64,000 nucleotides of DNA. It comes from a virus (taxonomy: Duplodnaviria > Caudoviricetes). Numbering within the stretch: the stretch's first letter is position 1; every line of letters begins with the position of its first letter. The notes under the pieces are model-generated. The model made no database searches. It was not told the DNA's origin and saw only the letters and a program-made list of their open reading frames with translations. Shown here piece by piece: positions 56,701-64,000 of the stretch. The translations under genes were made by a program, and so were the position numbers. The stretch lies in IMG/VR virus record IMGVR_UViG_3300012979_000002, positions 32,001 through 96,000 of that record, one strand, 5' to 3'.

Positions 56701-57611
56701 CTTAAGTGAGGTACAATCTGAGGTTGTGATAAATCGTATTGTGAAATTTTGGCGTTAATTTCATTTGTATTAGCAAACAATTGTTCTAGGGTAGTAGTGT
56801 TAATGTAATCGTCCATCAGCTCCTGTATTTCAGCAGGAGTCATCATATAAGTATACTGATAGAACTCAGCTGTTTCACGGTCTCCGTCCTTACTATTTAA
56901 AAACGCTGCGTGAACTTCTCTATCTTCTTTTTTCATATAATGGCTGTCGGTAGTTACGATACATTTTGTATTTGTTCTATTACCAATTTCTAACAACCAC
57001 TTGTTGTATTCTATTTGTTCTTCATATCTAGCGGGCTGTACTTCTAAATAGAAGTCATCCTTAAATATGGTTTTACACCAAGTAATAAAATTGATAGCCC
57101 CATCTACATCTTTACTACTGAAACAATTGCCCAGCCATCCGCCTATACAAGCACTGGCTGCTACCAAATGTCCTGGATTGCGACCAACTATTTCTTCTAT
57201 GTCTTTATAGTAGGTTGGTACTCGGGTCAAGAACATTGTGAATGAATGCTGCCATGCCCTACTAGACAACTCTCTAAGTTGAGCATGTCCTTCTTTATCT
57301 TTTGCTAATAAAATAAAGTGGGGGAATTTTTCTCCTTTTTGGTATGTCTCGGCATCTAAACCATTTCGGCATAAATAAATCTCATTACCTAAGATTAGTT
57401 TAAATTCCTTCCACTTGTCATCGTCTTTACATTTTTGATTATAATATCGTAATGCTTTGATATGAGCAGACAACGCTTCGTGGTCTGTAATAGCCATACC
57501 ACTTAAGCCAATGTCATAAGCATACTGAATTAAATCTTCTACTTTGTTAATACAGTCAAGTAATCTTAAGTTACTATACTCTGTATGGTTGTGCAAACTT
57601 GTATAACTCAT
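53769..57611 (-). CDS. dnaE: DNA polymerase III alpha subunit (family C)
   Basis: PHP domain (LHNHTEYS, AITDHE, TTDSHY); SRGSAG, LPDIDVD, GIHACG, KMDCL, GYSFSIPH. Confidence 0.97.
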   Translation of the reverse strand: MSYTSLHNHTEYSNLRLLDCINKVEDLIQYAYDIGLSGMAITDHEALSAHIKALRYYNQKCKDDDKWKEFKLILGNEIYLCRNGLDAETYQKGEKFPHFILLAKDKEGHAQLRELSSRAWQHSFTMFLTRVPTYYKDIEEIVGRNPGHLVAASACIGGWLGNCFSSKDVDGAINFITWCKTIFKDDFYLEVQPARYEEQIEYNKWLLEIGNRTNTKCIVTTDSHYMKKEDREVHAAFLNSKDGDRETAEFYQYTYMMTPAEIQELMDDYINTTTLEQLFANTNEINAKISQYDLSQPQIVPHLSDDRRYHPEWKVVFGRIKVRPKFEYINKYMSSASEDDNYLIYLGLMKLSSMKLKSDKKEQYLERLEQELTECWLVSERLGQPISSYLLMVRNIIQIMWNKAESLVGISRGSAGVMLINYLIGVTQMNPLEQGIYLPHWRFLERNKIELPDIDVDSEGRRRPVVLQKIKEAAQADGGDSVCVCTFGTLGTRSAILTAARGLGIDVDIAQYLATMIPQERGFLWPLKDCLEGNAEKDRKPIRQLIAEFNKYPGYLDVVKGIEGLVCQLGIHACGNVIFNVPVYTYNAMMKAPNGTEVTQFDLGDTEYMGGLKMDCLSVEALDKIHTTLDLLLEDNLIEWQGNLKATYDKYLHPDVLIRDNPEMWHKVWRNEIIDIFQMDSTVGKQSLSLVKPESIPQMAAVNSLMRLVPEKGQKTPTEEYVIYKQHPELIKKEIYDLDATETEKKILYNFMKDYGGVLESQESAMLAVMIPEFTNYDVPHANKIRKIIAKKKMKEITSAREEYFNTGAEHGVSKDILKYIWDVQIKRQLGYSFSIPHTVAYSLIALQEMNLNILFPPIYWATACLTVNSGGADEESGGITNYGKLSAAIGRIKKQGINVELPDVNKARFGFTPDQETNTIIYGLKGISDVGDEITNKIITNRPYTSFQDFLEKTGASKVQAIALIKAGCFDKLESNKSRKELLYEYISSLIPAKNKLTLANVNGLINYNVLPKNKSKFVYLFNFNKYLKLNKKGEDYYLDDRAYDYFSKNFDVSNLSTNKQGTYIPIKLWDTLYKERMAELKDYMNRNQEKLIAKLHEAEIDEVWHNYCKGSLSTWEMDTLGFYYHDHDLANTYHPEFTFVDFYKESEIATPKEQKEYKGRKVPIYALKTICGTVLDKSSYKHTVILLTPHGVVNVKCVAEQYSKYDKQLSQLNKETNKKEIIERSWFKRGTRLIVNGYRSGDQFMARGRQSEDLYPFYRVLDIDDCGLLNITRYRADD

Positions 57612-57629
57612 ATCAGGTCCTCCTATAAT

Positions 57630-57658
57630 ATTATATCATATTTAGCCAGTTCTGGCAA
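57630..57658 (-). promoter_or_regulatory. SigmaA-type promoter for dnaE
   Basis: Minus strand: TTGCCA, 17 nt, TATAAT with extended TG; followed by AGGAGG and ATG. Confidence 0.75.
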
Positions 57659-57920
57659 ATCTTTCTTTATTACAAATGTCTTTGTAGTTCTTGAATGGAC
57701 AGATGTTAATAGACCACTCTCCACATTCCCATTCTCCATACCAGGTTTCACTACCATCGTCTTCTTTAACAGTGTGAGAAGTCTTATAGTAGGTTTTGTT
57801 TTCTTCGTCATACAACAAAGTAGACAGGTATTGTTTACGAGATGTGGCGCTGTCACATATCATTGACATGGCTGACGAGTGCCCGTCCATTTCAAAAGTT
57901 GCTGTTATATAATATTTCAT
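57642..57920 (-). CDS. Hypothetical protein
   Basis: AAAGGA RBS; 92 aa. Confidence 0.6.
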   Translation of the reverse strand: MKYYITATFEMDGHSSAMSMICDSATSRKQYLSTLLYDEENKTYYKTSHTVKEDDGSETWYGEWECGEWSINICPFKNYKDICNKERFARTG

Positions 57921-57931
57921 TTTGTCCTTTC

Positions 57932-58038
57932 TTTAAAAAATATTTTTTAAAAATATAATAAGCGATTTAAGCCTATTTTTAAGCGTTTTACGCTTGGTTA
58001 AAATATTTTCTAATATATTTATATTATTTAAGCGTTTT
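57932..58038. promoter_or_regulatory. AT-rich intergenic element with a palindrome and TAAGCG repeats
   Basis: TTTAAAAAATATTTTTTAAA (57932-57951); TAAGCG at 57959, 57980, 58029; AAGCG-TTTTA-CGCTT at 57981-57995. Confidence 0.55.
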
Positions 58039-58261
58039 ATTCTTCTACGCTTGCTTTTTCGGTTTCTTCAGCTATTTCGGCAGTAGGCACTGCTTCTTGT
58101 AATTCTTCTACCATTCCTCTTAATTCTTTGGAATAGTCTTTAAGGTCTGCAATAATTTTTGCTACATTTAATCCAGTGCTGTACGGGTGCCCTAAAATAG
58201 CCTCTGCATCCACCAAGAAGGTGTCTAAATTATTAATTGCTTGTAATATTTGTGCTTTCAT
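58037..58261 (-). CDS. Hypothetical helical protein
   Basis: GGAGG RBS; 74 aa. Confidence 0.65.
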   Translation of the reverse strand: MKAQILQAINNLDTFLVDAEAILGHPYSTGLNVAKIIADLKDYSKELRGMVEELQEAVPTAEIAEETEKASVEE

Positions 58262-58715
58262 TTGTATCCTCCGTATTATTTTCTTTTAATTCTTTTTGAA
58301 CCTTAGCGTTATCAGTTTCCTTTTCAAAGTAAATGTTAATTAAAACTGCAGCCTTCCCTTTTGCAAAGTCTGCAATAGTAATTTCTTTCGTGTTAAAATT
58401 AAGCTCGGTTACATCTATCTTTGTTTCCCCATTAGCATTTATCATATAAGTATCACTGTTAATGTATAAACGCAATACGCTTTCTTCTAGTTCAAATGAT
58501 TGATGCTGGGCTGTGATGTATCCTTTTTCTTTTGCATGCTCTAGAAACTCTTGTGTTCTAGGATGGTTTCTATACAAAAAGATTTGCAAATTCTTTCCCC
58601 CATCCAAATTATGAGTTTCTACATAAAAGTCCAGTTTACCACGAATGTTTTTTGAATATAACATTTGACGACCCATATAGTCTTCTATCTCTAGTTTGTT
58701 TAGTATAAATCCCAT
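58233..58715 (-). CDS. Hypothetical protein
   Basis: AAGGAG RBS; 160 aa; overlaps both neighbours. Confidence 0.65.
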   Translation of the reverse strand: MGFILNKLEIEDYMGRQMLYSKNIRGKLDFYVETHNLDGGKNLQIFLYRNHPRTQEFLEHAKEKGYITAQHQSFELEESVLRLYINSDTYMINANGETKIDVTELNFNTKEITIADFAKGKAAVLINIYFEKETDNAKVQKELKENNTEDTNESTNITSN

Positions 58716-58936
58716 GCGTCATCTTCTCCTTCTAATACTCTTTCCACGATGTCTTCTAATCGTAGATTATAATAAGTATACAGTAAATGATGAACTTTGT
58801 CAATGATTTGTTCTAATTCTTTGTTAGATAAATCTATACTGCGGTCGTCGTTACTTAGTAAATGGTATATGTATAAATCTACCACAGATATGTTTTGGTC
58901 CTGAAGGTCATAATAGGCATTAATTAGTGCGTCCAT
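58700..58936 (-). CDS. Hypothetical acidic protein
   Basis: GGAGGT RBS; 78 aa. Confidence 0.65.
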   Translation of the reverse strand: MDALINAYYDLQDQNISVVDLYIYHLLSNDDRSIDLSNKELEQIIDKVHHLLYTYYNLRLEDIVERVLEGEDDAWDLY

Positions 58937-59285
58937 TTTCTACCTCCAGCGCTACTAAAATGTCATTGTCTACTACCTGAGTTTTTAGTACAACTTCTAT
59001 AGGACTCTGAGCCAAGTAGTCTAATAACAATTTAGTCTTGCCTGTTATCCCGTTTTGTAAATCTAAACTGCTAGGCACAGCGTTGTTCATTCCTGGGATG
59101 CTACGTAGCATTTCATATTCGTCAACTATAATCTTAAGAGCAGCCAAGTAACTGTGGAATGAAGAGATAGGGTCTTGCGTATCAAAGATTACACCATTAA
59201 TATATGGTTGAGTCTTTAACGAAATCTTAGTTCCCTTCTCAGCGAGAGTTCCAGGTCTATAAAACTTTTTTGTTTCCTTTGACAT
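58920..59285 (-). CDS. Hypothetical protein
   Basis: AAGGAGG RBS; first gene after a sigmaA-type promoter. Confidence 0.7.
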   Translation of the reverse strand: MSKETKKFYRPGTLAEKGTKISLKTQPYINGVIFDTQDPISSFHSYLAALKIIVDEYEMLRSIPGMNNAVPSSLDLQNGITGKTKLLLDYLAQSPIEVVLKTQVVDNDILVALEVENGRTN

Positions 59286-59316
59286 ATTTTCCTCCTTCTA
59301 ATTTTCTTTCATTATA

Positions 59317-59346
59317 ATTATATCATTTTTTTGGTATTTTTGTAAA
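59317..59346 (-). promoter_or_regulatory. SigmaA-type promoter
   Basis: Minus strand: TTTACA, 18 nt, TATAAT with extended TG. Confidence 0.7.
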
Positions 59347-59366
59347 GAAAAAAGAACTCAAAAAGA

Positions 59367-59672
59367 CTAATTTTTTTCATAAGTCATTTTGAATTCTTCG
59401 TAAGCTAATGCTGCTAGTTCATCCTTAGATAAAGTAGTCTTGAAATTAATGTTGTTATCTTTTAAAGTTTCTTGTAATTCTTTTACGCTATGTTTCATAA
59501 AATAGTCTTTTAATAGCGAATTGTATTCGTCAATTAACTCAACTATAGCCTTAGAGTTCTTAATCTTATCCGCAGCTGTTTTAATATAATCTACTTGCCA
59601 ACTCTCAGGTACGGCAACTAATTTGTCTTTCTTTAACAATACTGTTATTAGCCAGTTTTTAAATGATTGCAT
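59367..59672 (-). CDS. Small protein with a C-terminal HeH/LEM/Rho-N-like motif (start moved to 59672)
   Basis: AGGAGG RBS before ATG 59672; SVKELQETLKDNNINFKTTLSKDELAAL. Confidence 0.6.
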   Translation of the reverse strand: MQSFKNWLITVLLKKDKLVAVPESWQVDYIKTAADKIKNSKAIVELIDEYNSLLKDYFMKHSVKELQETLKDNNINFKTTLSKDELAALAYEEFKMTYEKN

Positions 59673-59680
59673 TGGTCCTC

Positions 59681-61426
59681 CTAAAATGCCATGTCCCATA
59701 TGTTTTGGGCTACATGCTCTTTTGTATCATAATCTTTAACTATAAATTGTAATCTACCTATGTTGTATGATTTGTCTATGTCAAATTCCCCTACAACATC
59801 TAGATTATATTTTTCACCATTAGATAGAGCTTCAGCTAATTCTGGTTCATTAAACATTACCACATCATATTTGTCGCAATTTATTTTAATATGTTGCCCT
59901 TCCGCTCCCATTAATTCAAAACGGTCGGTTGGAATGTCTGTTATAACTCCTAATGGTTTTTCTACTCCATGTGACCATATATTGTCACGAGCCATAATAG
60001 TTGCTATTTCTTTATTTACTAAATTGTAGCGACTTATCATATCTACCATATATAAATTAACATTAAAATCTATTTGGTCTAACACCGAGTTTAAATGAAC
60101 TTTAAACTCTGATAGTAAATCACTATCTATACCTATACCAAAAGCAAATGCGTGTCCTTCGGCCATCTCTACTCCGGTAATGTCTTTGATGGCGTCTTTG
60201 AGATTGGTTAACCCTTCAGCCGCCCTGCCTCTTACACTACCTCTGTATTGGTCGATACCCTTGCCATCTATGTAACGCCTTAATAGAACTACTGGTTTGT
60301 TTGTTTGACTTAGTAGTTTATTCGCTATTAACCCCGACAACTCAAATGTTAAGTCTTGGTCTTCGTCTACATATACTATTGAGTTATGGTCGTCATCCCC
60401 AATTTCTTTGTTAATGATACCTACACTACGAGTCACAGCTGTAGTTTGTCTCTTTTTAGCATTGTCGCATAATCGCACTGCTTCTTCATACATAGGAACC
60501 TCTTCGTCTTCTGCTCCTTTTTTACTGCTAAAGGTTAAAGTCATAGGCGACACCAGTGCTGTGAATACTGCATGCTTTTGTGCCATTGTACCTAGACGAA
60601 TAATTGAGTTAATATTCGGTCCTATTACCCATCCTATATCCTTTATACTAGGCTCTGGGTTTTCCATATTATAATGTGCCTTTTTTATTAGAGCCATTAA
60701 GAATGGATGCTCCGCAATATAACGAATGCCTGTCGTAATGATTTGTTTATTCTCTAAACTAGAAATGTCCATTACATCTGCTACGATACCACAAGCTGCT
60801 AAGCTATACAGTTTCATTGGGAAGTTTATGCCATATACACTAAAGTAAGCCTGTACAAACTTTAACGCCACCCCAGCACCGCTTAACGCAGGGTTAGGAT
60901 AATTTAATTGACTGCTAACTATAGCTATGTCATCGCTATGTTTTCCATAATCAAAGTCGTTGGAAATTTCGTGATGGTCTAGAATAATAATCTTAGTTCC
61001 ATTCTCTAATAGTTTTATATGCTCTTCTTTTTGAGAACTGCCGGCATCAGGTACAATAATTAAATCTACATCGTCAGAGATGTCTTTTAATTCTATTCCG
61101 TGTTCCTTGCCTGGATGTAATACATAATCTATCGTGTGCCCTTTACTAATTTGATTAAGCATATTCAAAATAATAGCTCCACTAGTATAACCATCCATAT
61201 CACTATCTACCACTACCAGAATGTTCGCCTCTGGATTTGCTAATGTGGTATGTAATATATCTACTGCTTTTTTCATATTGTCCATAGACAATGGACTGTG
61301 TTCATAAGCCTCGTGAGGATATAACCATTTCACCGGGTCTTCTATTCCTCTGTCGCTTAATAAATCATATAAAGCCAATTCGGAGTTCTCTTCATTATAG
61401 TTCTTCGTTCTCAATTGGTATTTCAC
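59681..61426 (-). CDS. recJ: RecJ-like DHH ssDNA exonuclease
   Basis: DSDMDGYTS, LIIVPDAG, ILDHH, LSGAGVA, VADVM, RGSVR, GHAFAFG. Confidence 0.9.
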   Translation of the reverse strand: MKYQLRTKNYNEENSELALYDLLSDRGIEDPVKWLYPHEAYEHSPLSMDNMKKAVDILHTTLANPEANILVVVDSDMDGYTSGAIILNMLNQISKGHTIDYVLHPGKEHGIELKDISDDVDLIIVPDAGSSQKEEHIKLLENGTKIIILDHHEISNDFDYGKHSDDIAIVSSQLNYPNPALSGAGVALKFVQAYFSVYGINFPMKLYSLAACGIVADVMDISSLENKQIITTGIRYIAEHPFLMALIKKAHYNMENPEPSIKDIGWVIGPNINSIIRLGTMAQKHAVFTALVSPMTLTFSSKKGAEDEEVPMYEEAVRLCDNAKKRQTTAVTRSVGIINKEIGDDDHNSIVYVDEDQDLTFELSGLIANKLLSQTNKPVVLLRRYIDGKGIDQYRGSVRGRAAEGLTNLKDAIKDITGVEMAEGHAFAFGIGIDSDLLSEFKVHLNSVLDQIDFNVNLYMVDMISRYNLVNKEIATIMARDNIWSHGVEKPLGVITDIPTDRFELMGAEGQHIKINCDKYDVVMFNEPELAEALSNGEKYNLDVVGEFDIDKSYNIGRLQFIVKDYDTKEHVAQNIWDMAF

Positions 61427-62537
61427 CGACTGCTTCCTCCTCGTTGTTATTTTCTCTTGTAAAGTTGGAAATATTTTTACGCTCTCTATATAATTTAGAA
61501 TACACTTGTCGCCCTCTATCTATTGGGGCATCTTTATTTCCCAACTGGTCTCCATCCCAATCATACATAATATCCACATCAAATCCCATGTCCTGTATTT
61601 TAAAACCTTCCTTAACCATCTTGTCTAAACCATAAAAACGGTTTCCATCTTCGTCCCAGTCATTATCCATAGCTAGGACTATTTTTTCTACTCCGGCTTC
61701 TTTTAAAATGTGGGCGTGGTAGTCACTAAATGAACTACCTCCTATGGCAATTGATTTGTTTTGTGTGAAATACGAACCGTGTTTTAATACGGACTTTTCA
61801 GCCTCATATACTATAACTTCTTTCGCCTTCTTAATTACTTTTTGGTTTTGATAATAACCATAAGCTACCATCATTTTTGGATAATTATATAATTCTTTAT
61901 TATGCCACAGTGGCATATACTTTCTATGTTCTTCAATGTCTTTTTGATTAAAGTTTCTTACCTTGATACCGACCAATCTACCTAGATGGTCAATGACAGG
62001 AAATACTATACGATTGCGCACCATATCAAATCTCACACCGAAGTTGACCAAAACATCATAATCTATCCCTTCTTCTAACCAAGGCGCCAGGTACTTGGGT
62101 TGTTGTGTAAAACATTCCAAGACGTGTGGATTATATACAGTTAATTGGTCTGTCCAATCTTCGGTTACTTTCTTTGTCTTTTTAATGGCAGGGTTTTGTA
62201 TTACTGCAAAACCATGCTTCATCCTCTCATTTACTATTGAGTCTAATAAGGTGTAAGCTTGCGCGTATGTAGCTTTGACGCCGCGAGCCTTGTAAGTGTT
62301 TAATATCATTTCATATATATTCATAGCCTTACAACTTGTATAGCAATAAAACTTTTTACTACTCTCGTAATAATATAATTTACGAGATGGGTTACTAATT
62401 AATTCGTTGTGACAAACGGTAGGAAAGATAAGACAATCATTGCCATATCTAACCTCACTCTCTGACACCCCTAAATGTTCCATTAATCGTATTACATCTG
62501 ATGTGTTTAGTTTTGTTAATAAAATATCACCATACAT
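61395..62537 (-). CDS. DNA primase (DnaG-like, Zn-binding plus TOPRIM)
   Basis: CHN...CYTSC; RIVFPVID..GRLVG; VYEAEKS; LAMDND; KDAP. Confidence 0.9.
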   Translation of the reverse strand: MYGDILLTKLNTSDVIRLMEHLGVSESEVRYGNDCLIFPTVCHNELISNPSRKLYYYESSKKFYCYTSCKAMNIYEMILNTYKARGVKATYAQAYTLLDSIVNERMKHGFAVIQNPAIKKTKKVTEDWTDQLTVYNPHVLECFTQQPKYLAPWLEEGIDYDVLVNFGVRFDMVRNRIVFPVIDHLGRLVGIKVRNFNQKDIEEHRKYMPLWHNKELYNYPKMMVAYGYYQNQKVIKKAKEVIVYEAEKSVLKHGSYFTQNKSIAIGGSSFSDYHAHILKEAGVEKIVLAMDNDWDEDGNRFYGLDKMVKEGFKIQDMGFDVDIMYDWDGDQLGNKDAPIDRGRQVYSKLYRERKNISNFTRENNNEEEAVGEIPIENEEL

Positions 62538-64000
62538 TATACTTCTACTCTAATTTCCTGTCCAAAGTTTTCGTAAGGGTCTTCATTGCTAGTTTGCTTA
62601 GGTGCCACTACAAACCCTCCAACTTTACTTGCTTGCTTTATCTGCACTTTAACACTATTGAAATCAATAGGGTCGTTGCTTCTGTCTGTTACAAAACAGT
62701 CGTATGTTCTACAAGTACCTAAATCTATATATCTCCAGATACGGATTGCTGTCCATTTACCACGACGGTTTTTATATATGTCGGTTATAAAGTTAGGTTC
62801 ATATGTTCCTAGTTTTAAGGCTAATGCTTTTCCCAACTCTTGCTCGGCTGGATTCATTGGCAGGGTAATAGCCCCTATGTCAGCTTTATCTGCTATCGCC
62901 TTAGAACCACGAATTAAGTTTTGGTTTTTAACCTCTTTCTCTTCATAATCTCCATTCAGCTGAGTAGCTGATGAGATGTGAATGTTTAATTCGTTTGCCA
63001 AGTTTTTTAATGTATCAGAAACCAACATTAATACGACATCATCACGAGTTTGTTTATCCCTACCATCCATCAGTCCGGCAGTGATATGTATGTAATCGTA
63101 AAAAACATATTCTACATCATTTTGTAGTACGTGCTTTTTAATGGTTGTTCTTATAATTGGTATAGTTGGATTTGGCAAGAACTCCAGTAGGATGTTATCA
63201 TGTTGCATTAAATACTGTATAGCTAACTCTACTCTCTCTTGCTCATTCCCACTATACTTATTGTTTAAAATCTTATCTTCATTTACCCCTGAAATGTAGG
63301 CTAGTATTAATGTTTGCACTTCTGCATGTTCCAACTCAGTTGTAATAAACAATACTCTATTTTCCATACCTGTATTTTCCCATTCATCCGTCTCGGTATT
63401 ATACCGTAAAGGGATGGCTAACTTACAAGCATTACCAACCATACGTCTCGATTTACCAGTACCTGAAGCACCAGAGTCAATATATAGTTTTTTCAGTCTA
63501 GCTCCACGGGTAACTGTATTATACATTTCTCCCTCTAATGGAAGACCAACTTCCGGTATTGTTTGTAATGAACGATACAGCTCCTCAATACCTTCTGCTG
63601 CGTTAATACAACTTTTCTCTAACAAGTTTTGATACTTGTTTTGAAGATTATTTATTTTGCTCTCATAATGCTTAAACATATCTTCTATACTTAACGCATT
63701 AAAACGAGCCATCTGTTTTTCAAATGCCTCGGCGTTCAAAGTTTTATCATAGATGTCCGAGGTATCTATACCCATCTTAGCAAAATCTCTTAATAGAGTG
63801 TGCTTTTTTACTGATGAGTAATTGTATTCAAAGTTTAAAGGCGTTTCATCATTACATACTTGATACAACACATCCATACCACCATCTTGTATGAACTTTT
63901 CGTACATCCCTTGCTGTTCTTTGAAATATGCTACTATGTCATTGATGTCTATGTTATTATTACCTAAGGTATATAAATTATACAGGGCTGTATAAATAGC
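62537..64000 (-). CDS. dnaB: Replicative DnaB-like helicase (5'-truncated by the window)
   Basis: Walker A SGASGTGKSR; LFITTE; VFYDYI; ATQLN; IRGSKAIADKAD; YKNRRG; frame stays open to base 64000. Confidence 0.92.
   Translation of the reverse strand, partial: AIYTALYNLYTLGNNNIDINDIVAYFKEQQGMYEKFIQDGGMDVLYQVCNDETPLNFEYNYSSVKKHTLLRDFAKMGIDTSDIYDKTLNAEAFEKQMARFNALSIEDMFKHYESKINNLQNKYQNLLEKSCINAAEGIEELYRSLQTIPEVGLPLEGEMYNTVTRGARLKKLYIDSGASGTGKSRRMVGNACKLAIPLRYNTETDEWENTGMENRVLFITTELEHAEVQTLILAYISGVNEDKILNNKYSGNEQERVELAIQYLMQHDNILLEFLPNPTIPIIRTTIKKHVLQNDVEYVFYDYIHITAGLMDGRDKQTRDDVVLMLVSDTLKNLANELNIHISSATQLNGDYEEKEVKNQNLIRGSKAIADKADIGAITLPMNPAEQELGKALALKLGTYEPNFITDIYKNRRGKWTAIRIWRYIDLGTCRTYDCFVTDRSNDPIDFNSVKVQIKQASKVGGFVVAPKQTSNEDPYENFGQEIRVEV

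Noticed and set aside
6972-63632. Numerous 60-140 aa antisense or alternate-frame ORFs in the track (e.g. 7509-7790, 19340-19768, 57623-57856, 62586-62948)
   Set aside because: They lie within or largely overlap well-supported genes, show no evident RBS, and read as shadows of codon bias or repetitive sequence.
49531-64000. Inteins or group I introns in nrdD, dnaE or dnaB
   Set aside because: Frames are continuous and of ordinary length, with no intein splice motifs or LAGLIDADG segments seen.
1-64000. tRNA/rRNA genes, integrase or attachment site
   Set aside because: Intergenic gaps are short and accounted for, and I saw no cloverleaf or recombinase gene. Lifestyle cannot be determined from this window.

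Overview
An AT-rich 64-kb segment of a large tailed (siphovirus-like) phage, probably infecting a walled Firmicutes/Bacillota host (CHAP endolysin, GGAGG RBSs, sigmaA-type promoters). No host genes are evident. Bases 1-46,700 (+ strand) form the late arm: two tail-tube-like genes, a ~2,320-aa tape measure, Dit, a large set of fibre and adhesin genes (FN3, InlB-B repeats, a dockerin-like insert, BspA LRR), a GAF-domain holin-like gene, a GT4 glycosyltransferase, a CHAP endolysin, a holin, an HNH nuclease and a displaced Tal/central-spike gene. Bases 46,801-64,000 (- strand) form the replication and nucleotide-metabolism arm: DnaB helicase (truncated by the window), primase, RecJ-like DHH nuclease, DnaE, a cysteine-less radical-SAM-like protein, RuvC-like resolvase, NrdD/NrdG, dUTPase, DUF1599 and ThyX. 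The best candidate for an undescribed system is at 25,162-27,264. There an HTH gene is followed by TATCA boxes at exact 11-bp spacing and a separately terminated four-gene cassette of unknown function. Other signals are a recurrent late-promoter-like motif (TACTATAWWTWAGAG), a repeated fibre-plus-tip docking pattern, no TGA stops among 57 genes, apparent GATC avoidance, and an 18-bp palindrome shared by two intergenic regions. All family assignments are by eye; no searches were run.
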